DNA from: a virus
Strand: one strand, 5' to 3'
Virus record (IMG/VR): IMGVR_UViG_3300031857_016023
Coordinates: 32,001-96,000 of that record
Length of the DNA stretch: 64,000 nt
The notes under the pieces are model-generated. The model saw nothing but the letters and a program-made list of their open reading frames with translations. It was not told where the DNA came from and made no database searches. Of the stretch, positions 37,572 to 47,367 are shown one piece after another. Made by a program: the position numbers and the translations under genes. Positions within the stretch are counted from its first letter, which is position 1. Each line of letters begins with the position of its first letter.

Positions 37572-39863
37572 TTAGTTCCAAAATTGTAATGGTTCAGACT
37601 TAACTCTAAACGCTGGATCAGCGGCAGAAAATACTCTGCCAGTTTTGGACATAATGCTAGCTATTTTACCTAAATTTGGTTGTAAGTTAAATACTGTTGA
37701 TTGAAATTGATTTAATTTAAAAGGTTCAATTAAGTCTACTTTAAATACCCTTTGGTCATACTCTTTAGATACAGCATTTTTTATAACAACAATAGGTTTT
37801 GTTAATGTATTTGTATCAAATATTTTTTCTTCTAAAAATTTAGAAAAAGCATTTCGTACAACAAAACCTTTAGAGATAAAATTAGAATTAAATTTCTTAG
37901 TATCAAAATCTTTTGGAAAAACATCTTTTAAAGCAATATAGGCTTTGTTTAATTGGGGTAAAGTAGTATTTAAATCAAATACTTGAGTTTTTGTAAATGG
38001 TGTTTTAAAATTACCATAAGATACATCAAATATTTTTTCATCTAAATCTTTTGGAAAAATATTTCTGGCAACAAAACCAGATTTTAATGTGCTAACTCTA
38101 TACCCCTGTTCTTCCAAAGATTTTGGAAAAGCAGGTTTTAATCGAACTATTGGTTTTGTTAATTCAGTAACATTAAATCTATTTTGAGGAGTTGGAGTTG
38201 CAGCAAAACGGCTTCGACTAGAATATAAACCTGGTGCTATTATTGCATAATATAAATTTTCTCCTGGAGTTGTAGGAGCTGTAGTTGGGTAAACATTAGA
38301 TTGAGCAATAAAATTACTTACGTTAAGTGTATCAAGATAAACACGGTTGCTAAGTGGTGTTTTAACAATGAGTTTAGGATTGTTTAATACCGTTACAACT
38401 TTAGCTTCTAATGATTTAGGAAAAGCAGGTACTGTAGGTAATAAAGCATTACTCCATGGCCTACGAGATTTATCTGCTCTTAAACCTGGTGCTCTAGTGA
38501 AATAATAAAAGTTTTCACGGGCATTGGTTGGAGCTAAAAGTGTAATAACTGTATTTTGGCTAACATTAGAAGTTATGACTCCTCTTGCATCTTTACTAAT
38601 TGTTATTGTAAGAGATTTAGACCATGGTGCTCTAGCTTTATCTGCTCTTAAACCTGGTGCTCTAGTGAAATAATAAAAGTTTTCACGGGCATTGGTTGGC
38701 GAAACAAGTGTACTTACGGTATTTTGGCGAACATTAGAAGATATGTTTGCTTGTCTACCATTTAATGCTGCAATGTTGATGTAAGCCGGAAATGTTTTAG
38801 ACCATATTGCTCTGGCTTTATCTGCTCTTTTACCTGGAGCTATGGTAAAATAATAAAAATTTTCACGAGCATTGGTTGGCTCTAAAAGTGTGCTTACGGT
38901 ATTTTGTCGAACATTGGAAGAAACATTGGCGATAGTTGTTCCTAAAGAAAATACTTGTAATCTATCTGCTCCTTTTTTCCCAGAATAATTAACATTTGCG
39001 GAGGCATCAACCTTAATTATAACATTCGACAGTAGACTTAATGCTGGTTGAGACCAAATATCTCTAGCTCTATCCGCTCTTTTACCTGGAGCTATTGTGA
39101 AGTAATAGAAATTCTCACGAGCATTGGTTGGAGCTAATTTTGTGCTAACATTAGCTTGTGCTACATTTGAGGTTATATTTGCTTGTCTACTAAGAGAACG
39201 TATATCAATTAAACCTGGTGTTGTTCTAAAAAATATATCTCTAGCTAGATCTTGGCGTTTACCAGGAGCTATGGTAAAGTAATAGAAGTTTTCACGAGCA
39301 TTAATTGGTGCAGTAGTTGTACTGACTGTATTTTGGCGAATATTAGAAGAAACATTAGCAATTGTTGTTTTTAAAGAAAAAATAACATCAGTTTTTACTT
39401 TACCAACAGATTTTAATTTACCAAACAATCGATTAGGTAAAGGAGTTCGCAAAACTGTAAAAGCTTTGTTTAATTGAGTAACTATTTTATTTAAAGAAAA
39501 TACCTGTGTTTGAGCAATAGGTAATTTAAAATCGCCATAAGAAACATCAAATACCTTTTCATCTAAATCTTTCGAAAAAGCATTTTTTACTACAAGACCC
39601 TTAGAAACTATATTTGATTTAAATAATGTGGATTCATAAGTTTTTGGTAAAGCACTTCGAATAACATCTCTACGGTTTACATTACCTACTTTGCGGTTGT
39701 TTACTTCATTATTTTTTGGTAAAGGATTTTTTAATTGAAGGCTAGTTTTATTGGAAATAAAACTTTTGGTTACACTAAAACCAGTAAATGAATTAGCTGT
39801 ATCTGTCCATTGTGCATTGTTATTGCCTACTGGACCTGGAGCGGGAAAAATTAAAGCTGGCAT
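37572..39863 (-). CDS. Basic repeat protein of unknown function (763 aa)
   Basis: Five NARENFYYFT(I/R)APG repeats plus a degenerate sixth; duplicated FxKDLDEKxFDVSYG block. Confidence 0.8.
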   Translation of the reverse strand: MPALIFPAPGPVGNNNAQWTDTANSFTGFSVTKSFISNKTSLQLKNPLPKNNEVNNRKVGNVNRRDVIRSALPKTYESTLFKSNIVSKGLVVKNAFSKDLDEKVFDVSYGDFKLPIAQTQVFSLNKIVTQLNKAFTVLRTPLPNRLFGKLKSVGKVKTDVIFSLKTTIANVSSNIRQNTVSTTTAPINARENFYYFTIAPGKRQDLARDIFFRTTPGLIDIRSLSRQANITSNVAQANVSTKLAPTNARENFYYFTIAPGKRADRARDIWSQPALSLLSNVIIKVDASANVNYSGKKGADRLQVFSLGTTIANVSSNVRQNTVSTLLEPTNARENFYYFTIAPGKRADKARAIWSKTFPAYINIAALNGRQANISSNVRQNTVSTLVSPTNARENFYYFTRAPGLRADKARAPWSKSLTITISKDARGVITSNVSQNTVITLLAPTNARENFYYFTRAPGLRADKSRRPWSNALLPTVPAFPKSLEAKVVTVLNNPKLIVKTPLSNRVYLDTLNVSNFIAQSNVYPTTAPTTPGENLYYAIIAPGLYSSRSRFAATPTPQNRFNVTELTKPIVRLKPAFPKSLEEQGYRVSTLKSGFVARNIFPKDLDEKIFDVSYGNFKTPFTKTQVFDLNTTLPQLNKAYIALKDVFPKDFDTKKFNSNFISKGFVVRNAFSKFLEEKIFDTNTLTKPIVVIKNAVSKEYDQRVFKVDLIEPFKLNQFQSTVFNLQPNLGKIASIMSKTGRVFSAADPAFRVKSEPLQFWN

Positions 39864-39901
39864 ATAGGCTATTTACCAAAAATTTTGTTTATTCCTAAAA
39901 A

Positions 39902-39928
39902 GAAATAGCCGTACTAGACGGCTATTTC
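39902..39928 (-). terminator. Intrinsic terminator after the 973-aa gene
   Basis: 11-bp stem GAAATAGCCGT/ACGGCTATTTC with a 5-nt loop, followed by a T tract on the - strand. Confidence 0.8.
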
Positions 39929-39954
39929 CAAACACTTCTAAGTTTAATTGCTGT

Positions 39955-42876
39955 TTAAGCAGGTATAGCGAATCGGAAGTTATTAGTAAATGCTGCCTGT
40001 GTATTAATTGCTTGAGGTCCAGTACCATCTTCCAAACTACGGTATGATTGAGAAATAGTTGTACCAAAGAATTGGAATCTTGTAGTGACAACTGTAGAAG
40101 TTAATACCCAATGATCAACAGCAGATTGAGTTGAATCATAGAAGAAATCACTATCAGAAGTAATGCTTACTGTATCCATTAAAGTACCAAGAGCACTTGG
40201 AATAACTTTCAATCCGTAAAATCTACCACGAATATCTGGATCATATGTTGGTCCAAGAACAACAACTGGACTAAACATAAAGCGCTTACTGTTGTATACA
40301 TTGGTTGCAACAGGTACAAGATGACCCAAATGAGGTTGAGGAATCGTGTTAGCTGGATTAGTTGTCAGAATACCAGCAACTGGTGCGTTAGTTCCCTGAT
40401 AAGCACCAGAACCACCAATTTCATACAAATGTCCCCAGCGACCAGTTGTAATTGTACAAGCACTATAAACGTGTGCATTGTGATCAACTAGGTCACCAGC
40501 GGAGTTACGAGCTCTAGGCACAGAAAACACGCAACCATGTACCGGACTGTTTTGGAGAACAGGGAAAGTTGGGAACAATTGAGCGCCAACCGGGAATCTG
40601 TTTCCGTTAATGTGAGCATATGTTGGCCATGGACTTATTGCAGTTGCACCAGTAATATTGTTGTTTGCAGGCGATACTGAGAAGTTAATACCTGTAACAC
40701 CAAGACCTGTCGAAGCATCTTCTGGTTGAGCTCTTTCAAACTCAACGCAACCTAGCCAGTTTGTTGCTAGGTTAGCAAAAGATTTACCTTGTATGATAAA
40801 GTAACGAGGATTTCCAAAGAGATACAAGAAACCGCCAGATGTTTGTGTTGTCGAAACAACATCGTTAGCGTTACTTGCTGGGCCAGGACCAGTAGAACCG
40901 TTAACTGTAACTGTTGTAAGTGTTTGTGAACCAGACACCGTATATGTTCCTGTGTTACCTGTACCAGTACCAAAGGCAGTTACGTTACCAATTGATGAAC
41001 CCATAAATGTACCAATTCTGATTTGGCCAGAGGTCATCGTGTTAACTGTTAACGATGTAGTTGTTTGAGAAACTTGAGCAACAATACCACCTGATTGGTC
41101 AGCGATGTTAACACCAACACCGTTTGTAGCACCATAAGAACCTAACCAACGCTCATAAACTGGTAATGAGTAAGTTGCGTTAGCAGTTGTAATGACACCA
41201 GTATTAAACAATGGGAAGTATCTGAATCCCATGAACTTGCGGTCATTACTTGTGTTGCGTAATGTTGTGGTTGCCTCAGCTGATTTGTTTGGACAAGAAT
41301 AAACGTACTCAATAAAGTCAGCACCAGCAATTGTAGCCGTTGTTAAGTTACCTGGAGTAAAGAGTTTTGGTGGGTTAGCACCAACAGAAGTTATAGTGTT
41401 TAAAAGTGGATTACCAAGTGTAAGGTTATTACCAGCAACACCAGCAAGATAAGTAAACAATGGAACTGATCTGTATAAACTAACAGGACTAGTAACAGTA
41501 ATTGGCAGGTTAACCGTCAATGTTGTGTTGTTACTGATTGCGTTAACAACTAAATGTTGACCAGCGATAACGATTTCAGCACCAACATGAAGCTCGGTTG
41601 TAAAGAGTGTTGATTGACCGTTAACTTGTGTTGTAGCTGCCGCCGTAAGAATATTACCGGTCAATCGTGTTGCTTGACCACCACCACTTTGTACTTTAAC
41701 GATGTTATTTAAAGTGAAACCAGTAGCAGAAGTAACTGTTACTAATGTTGTGCCTGCCGGAAATACTGTATTAGCAGTTGCGGTCATTGTGGACTCAATA
41801 CCTAATTTACCGTTAGCGTGCTGAGCTGTGTTACCACTACCTTCACGGGTTCCTTCTAGTATCCAACCATGGAGTTTTCTTTTCTTGTAGATTGCAACAC
41901 CACTAAGATTGCTTACAATTGGACGATTTAATCGTATAAGAGTATCTGATAAAATTTCATTAACTGAATATTCAGAACCATCAATCATAATTTCTTCATT
42001 CACACGAAGTTCTGTTGTAAATGTGGTTCCTGTGCCAGTCAAATAAGTTTCTTTTACACGAACTGGCATACCTAGTACGCCTTGTGTCATTGCTGCTGCT
42101 GGTTGTCCTGGTAAAGTTGTAAGCGTAGCAGCTGTTGCAGTTGTTGGAGTAAATACTCGTAATTCATCTCCAATATATACTTCTTCTCCTGAAATAATAT
42201 CAGCAGTAAAGTTAGTGCCAGTACCAGTTACAGAAGCTGAACCGCCACTCACAGCAACAGTTCCTCTTGGAGTTACTCTATAGCGTAGTCCAGCATCTGT
42301 AAAGTCCATTGCTGCACCTAGGGTCATAGAGGTATTACTTGCAATAGCACTAATAACTCTGACACGACCATTAATAACAATTGTTCTACCAGCTACTCCT
42401 GCTGTATTTGCAGCATCAAATGTAGCTTCAGTTAAAAAGAATGTTCCGTTACCTGTAACCGTTGCGGAACCGTTTGTAACAGACACAGTACCTGAAGTAT
42501 TGCCAGACACGTTTGTTACATCTGCGGTACCTGTTAAAGTGTACTGAATAAATTTAACTGCACATGCGTCTGTTGGTGTTCTTGTCCAAGGTGCAGTAAC
42601 AGTAAAAGAAGTGTCAGAAGCAACTGCCGCAACAGTACGAACTTGGCCGTAGATACTAATTACATCACCTGCTCTTAATTGAGTAGTGAAAATTGTTCCA
42701 ACACCCGTTACGGTTCCGGTGCCACCTGGATTAGTAATATTGACATAACCCTGTAGAGTATCATTTCTTAACCATTGATCTACTAAGGCAAAAGTTGGCC
42801 ATATATCCGCACCTGTTGTATAAGGGCCATAGGTAATAGAGGCACTATTTCTACCTAATTCATTTAGTGTTGCCAT
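39955..42876 (-). CDS. Thr/Gly-rich beta-structured virion protein (fibre/spike-like)
   Basis: Repeated VTGxGTxFTT.L..G..I.I.G modules; GGAG RBS; two ACTAAATA sites upstream (42930-42937, 42958-42965). Confidence 0.75.
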   Translation of the reverse strand: MATLNELGRNSASITYGPYTTGADIWPTFALVDQWLRNDTLQGYVNITNPGGTGTVTGVGTIFTTQLRAGDVISIYGQVRTVAAVASDTSFTVTAPWTRTPTDACAVKFIQYTLTGTADVTNVSGNTSGTVSVTNGSATVTGNGTFFLTEATFDAANTAGVAGRTIVINGRVRVISAIASNTSMTLGAAMDFTDAGLRYRVTPRGTVAVSGGSASVTGTGTNFTADIISGEEVYIGDELRVFTPTTATAATLTTLPGQPAAAMTQGVLGMPVRVKETYLTGTGTTFTTELRVNEEIMIDGSEYSVNEILSDTLIRLNRPIVSNLSGVAIYKKRKLHGWILEGTREGSGNTAQHANGKLGIESTMTATANTVFPAGTTLVTVTSATGFTLNNIVKVQSGGGQATRLTGNILTAAATTQVNGQSTLFTTELHVGAEIVIAGQHLVVNAISNNTTLTVNLPITVTSPVSLYRSVPLFTYLAGVAGNNLTLGNPLLNTITSVGANPPKLFTPGNLTTATIAGADFIEYVYSCPNKSAEATTTLRNTSNDRKFMGFRYFPLFNTGVITTANATYSLPVYERWLGSYGATNGVGVNIADQSGGIVAQVSQTTTSLTVNTMTSGQIRIGTFMGSSIGNVTAFGTGTGNTGTYTVSGSQTLTTVTVNGSTGPGPASNANDVVSTTQTSGGFLYLFGNPRYFIIQGKSFANLATNWLGCVEFERAQPEDASTGLGVTGINFSVSPANNNITGATAISPWPTYAHINGNRFPVGAQLFPTFPVLQNSPVHGCVFSVPRARNSAGDLVDHNAHVYSACTITTGRWGHLYEIGGSGAYQGTNAPVAGILTTNPANTIPQPHLGHLVPVATNVYNSKRFMFSPVVVLGPTYDPDIRGRFYGLKVIPSALGTLMDTVSITSDSDFFYDSTQSAVDHWVLTSTVVTTRFQFFGTTISQSYRSLEDGTGPQAINTQAAFTNNFRFAIPA

Positions 42877-42979
42877 TAATTATTCTCCTAGAACATGTAC
42901 CGCAATTTTTACGGATTTAGTTTGTATATTATTTAGTTAAAGTTGTGGATTTCCGCTTATTTAGTATTTTAAACCATTA

Positions 42980-43993
42980 TCAAGTATTGAACAAGGTCAT
43001 AGAAAAATTACTGCCTATTCCTTCTATGATACTAACTTTTATATAATCAGTAGTAATTATTGCATAGTCTAAATCACTATATTTGACTGTAAACTGACCC
43101 ATAGGTAATGTAAAATATTGTAAAAGAATATCATTTTTATACAGGCCTGCGGTCAAATTTCTATCTACAGGACCTCCATTTGTTAAGCGAACTGAGCGAA
43201 TGGTGTTTGTTGCTTCAGGTACAAATATGGCTTTACCTGGAACTGGCGCTGAAAAATCACTTAGAACATTGAAAGTTTTAATTAAATTGCTACCTGAACC
43301 ACCACCGGTATTTGCAGCATTAAATGCAGCATTAGCATGATTAAAAATTCTACCGCCATCAAAAGTAATTGACTTCGGATTGGCCAGCGTATTGCTGGTA
43401 ATTGAAATACCATTAGATGCAACAAACGCAATTGTATCTAGGCCATTCGCAATTAGATCATTTTGACCTGCAATCTTCCACGTTTTAAATGTGGAGTTCA
43501 TGGCAATCTTTACATTGCCAGATCCTAAATTCGTTACATCAAAACCTGAGTTGGCATCAAAACGAATGCCAGTTACAGCTGTTACTACATTTGTATAGTT
43601 ATTTGAATCATCAGTTAGGCTTACGGTTAGTGGACTACCGCCACCTCCAGATCCAGCATTTGCAGTATATTGCCGACTACCATCACCAAACTGAATGTAA
43701 TCTCTTGTAGCAACAGTATTAGCTGTTACATTACCAGTTCTAAAGAGGCCTGTTGCTTTATCAAAGGTTAATCTTGGTGAAGAACCAAGAATACCAGAAT
43801 CATTGAATTGGATTTCAGTATCTAAACCCGCCGGGCCTTCATACCTTTCAATGGTCTGGATTGTATTGGAAGGGCCACCACGATAGAAAATTTTGCCATC
43901 ATATGTGTTGATGGCAATTTCACCATTTGCTAGGCTAGTAGGAACATTCCCACTAATATAGGAATGCCGTAACTCAATGACTGTATTAGACAT
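42980..43993 (-). CDS. Fibre-like structural protein
   Basis: N-terminal IELRHS..GNVPTSLANGEIAINTYDGKIF fibre-attachment motif; IQFND. Confidence 0.7.
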   Translation of the reverse strand: MSNTVIELRHSYISGNVPTSLANGEIAINTYDGKIFYRGGPSNTIQTIERYEGPAGLDTEIQFNDSGILGSSPRLTFDKATGLFRTGNVTANTVATRDYIQFGDGSRQYTANAGSGGGGSPLTVSLTDDSNNYTNVVTAVTGIRFDANSGFDVTNLGSGNVKIAMNSTFKTWKIAGQNDLIANGLDTIAFVASNGISITSNTLANPKSITFDGGRIFNHANAAFNAANTGGGSGSNLIKTFNVLSDFSAPVPGKAIFVPEATNTIRSVRLTNGGPVDRNLTAGLYKNDILLQYFTLPMGQFTVKYSDLDYAIITTDYIKVSIIEGIGSNFSMTLFNT

Positions 43994-44454
43994 TAGAACG
44001 AGCTGCCGTCATTTACCTTTATATTAAAAAGATCAGTAACTTTTTGCTCAACCTTCTTTTCTTCCATTTTTTCTGGATTTAACTTCTTTAATTTGGAAGG
44101 TGTGGCAATGTTTTCTAATTTTTCAACGTATTCTTTTAGATTAGTAATTTCTGTTTTTTTGTTTTCTAAATCTTTTTGAAGGGCTGTATTTTTCTTCATT
44201 ACATCATTTAAAGCACCTTGCAACCTAGATTTTTCCTCATGAGCAGTAGCGTTTACTTCTGCTTTCATTTTGAATTCTTTTAATTCTTCATAAGTCTTAA
44301 TCAGCTCATTATATTTTTGTTCTACTTCTACTTTTGCTTTACCGGTATCTTCTGCTAATTTTAACTGAGTTTGAAATACAAAATTTTGCTTAATGATTGA
44401 AACTAAGTTATCAAGCAATATCTCCTGGTAAGCATTTGAAAATTCTACATTCAT
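43993..44454 (-). CDS. Coiled-coil hypothetical protein (possible fibre chaperone)
   Basis: K/E-rich heptads between two fibre genes. Confidence 0.65.
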   Translation of the reverse strand: MNVEFSNAYQEILLDNLVSIIKQNFVFQTQLKLAEDTGKAKVEVEQKYNELIKTYEELKEFKMKAEVNATAHEEKSRLQGALNDVMKKNTALQKDLENKKTEITNLKEYVEKLENIATPSKLKKLNPEKMEEKKVEQKVTDLFNIKVNDGSSF

Positions 44455-44473
44455 AACGACCCCTTATCATTGT

Positions 44474-45850
44474 TTAAAATGTTCCACCAGATAGGTGAGC
44501 AAATGTTGGAACGCCAGTATTATTAATTGTCAAAACATGACCTTCAGTTGATGAAGATGCGGTAGTAAATGCTCCTGAACCTTGGCCAAGTAAAACACCG
44601 TTTGTTGTAAATGTTCCTGCACCAGTACCGCCTCTTGCAACACCTAATGTACCTGAAGTAATTTGCGATGCAGAAATGCCAATAAGTGTTGAATTGGCCT
44701 GTGAGATTCGGCCATTTGCTTCTAATGTAAATGAAGCAATTGTTGCACCATTACCATAACTTCCTGCAGCCGCTGTTATTGTTGTATAATCTGTATTAGC
44801 CTGATTAAATGCCGCATTAGCATGATTGAAAGCGGCTTGTACATATGCAGAAGAACCTGCGGCGTTTGCAGCTGCAAAAGCGGCATTAGCCTGATCAAAT
44901 GCAGCAGTAATATTGGTGTTCTGTGAAAGATTTACACCATTGATATTGTTTGCAGAAATGAAAGCTGCATTAGCGGTATTATAAGAATTATAAACTAATG
45001 TCTGTAAATCTTGTCCGTTTAATGTAATTGACTGTGATTTTAGATTAGCCCTAAGAGTTGCAATCTTAAATGAAGGATTATTAATATCGATGTTATTGTT
45101 AGCACCAATTTCTGCTGTATAACCTTCAAAAAGTTGAAATTCTTTTGTACCTGCATCACGAATAAGACCGGTATGAGCATTGACACCATCGTTATAGTGA
45201 CCTGTAAAACCAATATCAAGTATGTCTGAAGTATAATTACCTGCAGCAAGAATAATTAAACTGTCATTAGCAACAATCTGCGAAGAACTTACAGTAAAGG
45301 TATTACCTAAAACACTTAAATTGCCTGTAATACTTAAATCACCAGAGATTGTGCCGCCAGTATTTGCATTAATCGAATTATTAGCACGAATGAAAGCAGC
45401 AGTAGCAGTATTTTGTGCATTAGTAATATTGGTGTTCTGTGTATTATTAACACCAGCTTCATTGTTGGCCTTAGCAAAGGCGCCGTTAGCATAAATGCTT
45501 GCTGAGTTAGCTGCAGCAAAAGCGCCGTTTGCATAGATTCCAGCCGAAGTAGCAGTTACGAGAGCAGTATTTGCTTGAATGAAAGCTGCATTAGCGTGAT
45601 TTCTTGCATATACATCAGCACCAGCATTAGCAACAGTATTTGCAAGGTCATAGGCAGCATTAGCATGATTATAAGCTCTTTCAAACTTATCAATGTAAAA
45701 CTTACCGCCAATTGCAATCGAACCTGTGCCATCAGGTGAACCAATAAACAGAGTATTACTTGCATATGAATAAGCTGGTTCACCGGCAAGTAGAGAGGTT
45801 GGCGTTGCCGTTCCTGTAGAAAACTTTAATTGTATTACGGTATTAGCCAT
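44474..45850 (-). CDS. Fibre-like structural protein (Mtd-N-like N-terminus)
   Basis: IQLKFS....PTSLLAGEPAYS, AN heptads, GTLGVARGGTG; shares a module with the 1729-aa fibre. Confidence 0.75.
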   Translation of the reverse strand: MANTVIQLKFSTGTATPTSLLAGEPAYSYASNTLFIGSPDGTGSIAIGGKFYIDKFERAYNHANAAYDLANTVANAGADVYARNHANAAFIQANTALVTATSAGIYANGAFAAANSASIYANGAFAKANNEAGVNNTQNTNITNAQNTATAAFIRANNSINANTGGTISGDLSITGNLSVLGNTFTVSSSQIVANDSLIILAAGNYTSDILDIGFTGHYNDGVNAHTGLIRDAGTKEFQLFEGYTAEIGANNNIDINNPSFKIATLRANLKSQSITLNGQDLQTLVYNSYNTANAAFISANNINGVNLSQNTNITAAFDQANAAFAAANAAGSSAYVQAAFNHANAAFNQANTDYTTITAAAGSYGNGATIASFTLEANGRISQANSTLIGISASQITSGTLGVARGGTGAGTFTTNGVLLGQGSGAFTTASSSTEGHVLTINNTGVPTFAHLSGGTF

Positions 45851-46153
45851 TTAAAATGAGCCTCCGACTATTATTGTAACTGGTGGTTTTATTTCGTATT
45901 TTCCTGTGTCCGCATTAAACACAACACTATCTCCATCTTCAGCTGAGCCAGTAACATCAACAAGTTCTGCTAAAGCAACATTTGGTTTTGGTCGGAAATT
46001 TTGCGAAATCATTACTGATTTGTTTGTTTGAGTAATTCGTACTTTGCCTAAAAGATTTATTTGAGGCTCAGCAACATTTGCACTTGGTGTAAAATTTTGT
46101 GATGCTAATTTAGGTTTAACACCTGGCCGTATTCTAATTGCGCCTATATCCAT
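45851..46153 (-). CDS. Small structural protein
   Basis: Coupled ORF ending GGSF; paralogue of 36981-37310. Confidence 0.65.
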   Translation of the reverse strand: MDIGAIRIRPGVKPKLASQNFTPSANVAEPQINLLGKVRITQTNKSVMISQNFRPKPNVALAELVDVTGSAEDGDSVVFNADTGKYEIKPPVTIIVGGSF

Positions 46154-46485
46154 TATCGTGTTATTCCAGGTAGAACATTTACTATGCCTTCAACAACTCT
46201 TGTTCTTGTGGTATCTGGAGCTGTAATAACCAAATCATACAAATATCTTCCGGGAGTTATATTTGCAGTATTGGCTGCTGTCATCGTGAGAGTGATTTCA
46301 CCATTTGAGATGCCCGTAACTGTTGCGGTAAAGTTATTGGCTACTGAAGAATAATATGATTTTCTTATTTGAGATGCAGCGGTATAACCTGCCAAGTTAA
46401 TTGAATCACCGCCAATATCATCAACATTAATTATGACAGAAAAAGACGCATTTTGTTCGATATTAAGTTCTGAATAAGCAGCCAC
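46153..46485 (-). CDS. Conserved small virion protein (Ig/BppU-like)
   Basis: IEQNASF, SQIRKSY, GRYLYDL, RVVEGIVNV.PG.T; GTG start with GGGAG RBS. Confidence 0.75.
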   Translation of the reverse strand: MAAYSELNIEQNASFSVIINVDDIGGDSINLAGYTAASQIRKSYYSSVANNFTATVTGISNGEITLTMTAANTANITPGRYLYDLVITAPDTTRTRVVEGIVNVLPGITR

Positions 46486-46493
46486 AAATTACT

Positions 46494-46524
46494 CCCGTTT
46501 TATCGTCTATTTAGTTAAAACGGG
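46494..46524 (-). promoter_or_regulatory. Hairpin with a late promoter in the loop and the RBS partly in the stem
   Basis: CCCGTTTTA-ACTAAATAGACGA-TAAAACGGG-AG. Confidence 0.65.
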
Positions 46525-46539
46525 TACTTACCAAAAAAT

Positions 46540-47367
46540 CTAATTTAAACCCATTTCTTGACGAATTTTAGTGGCTGATATTGAATGAATTGTATCATCA
46601 AAGGTTTCTTGTTCGATTTTATAACCAACATCTCGTCCATAGGTTATATTGACAATATTTGGCACAAGAAGAATTTCATATTGACCTTGATAAAGGGGGT
46701 CGAGGTCTTTCTTAATGAGTTCTTTAACTTGGTTTGACGCAAAAGGATTTGATCCATTCCAACCTTGGCAATCACGAATCATAATTACAACTTGTCCTGT
46801 CTTAGAGATTGCTCTATCAAATAAAGCCCTATGCCCTTTATGCCAAGGTTGCCATCTACCTAACATTTGAACAGTTTCTTTCTTCCAATCAAAAGTTGGC
46901 CGGCGCCGGTCAGAAAGTATATGGTCACCAACAAATTCTACCCACTTCTCCGCATTTTGTTCTGTTATACGAAAATCATAAACCTCTGGAGGAACAAAAA
47001 CTTTATTTGTATCTTCAAATCTACCTTTTTCGATTGTGTCGATCCATATGGTCCAATCTGCTTTAAAATTATGCCTCATTTCTGGTAATGGAGCTATAAA
47101 ATCTGCAATAACAAAATCTTTTAAAAAAGAATCTGCTAACTCTCTCATTCTGATTGATTGACGTATTCTGCCTTCATTAGAGAAATCCCAATCATTATAT
47201 TTTTTTCTTACATCGTCTGCATTTATCCACTTAACTTTAGCTCTAGTTTCACCAACATTATCAGCCATATTAAAAAATTCTGAATGATCCTCTAGATATT
47301 TTTTTAATTTTTCTGCAAAATATGTTTTACCAGATCCTGGTAATCCCATTATCAATATTCTTTTCAT
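46540..47367 (-). CDS. APS kinase (CysC)-like P-loop domain fused to an HxGH nucleotidyltransferase domain
   Basis: GLPGSGKT, NADDVR..DWDFSNEGR; C-terminal LGRWQPWHKGH and ISATKIR. Confidence 0.85.
   Translation of the reverse strand: MKRILIMGLPGSGKTYFAEKLKKYLEDHSEFFNMADNVGETRAKVKWINADDVRKKYNDWDFSNEGRIRQSIRMRELADSFLKDFVIADFIAPLPEMRHNFKADWTIWIDTIEKGRFEDTNKVFVPPEVYDFRITEQNAEKWVEFVGDHILSDRRRPTFDWKKETVQMLGRWQPWHKGHRALFDRAISKTGQVVIMIRDCQGWNGSNPFASNQVKELIKKDLDPLYQGQYEILLVPNIVNITYGRDVGYKIEQETFDDTIHSISATKIRQEMGLN

Noticed and set aside
38460-39360. CRISPR-like repeat-spacer pattern
   Set aside because: The repeats are in-frame coding repeats with synonymous variation, and no cas genes are present.
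42900-42948. Imperfect inverted repeat upstream of the 973-aa gene
   Set aside because: It has several mismatches on the transcribed strand and does not cover the RBS.
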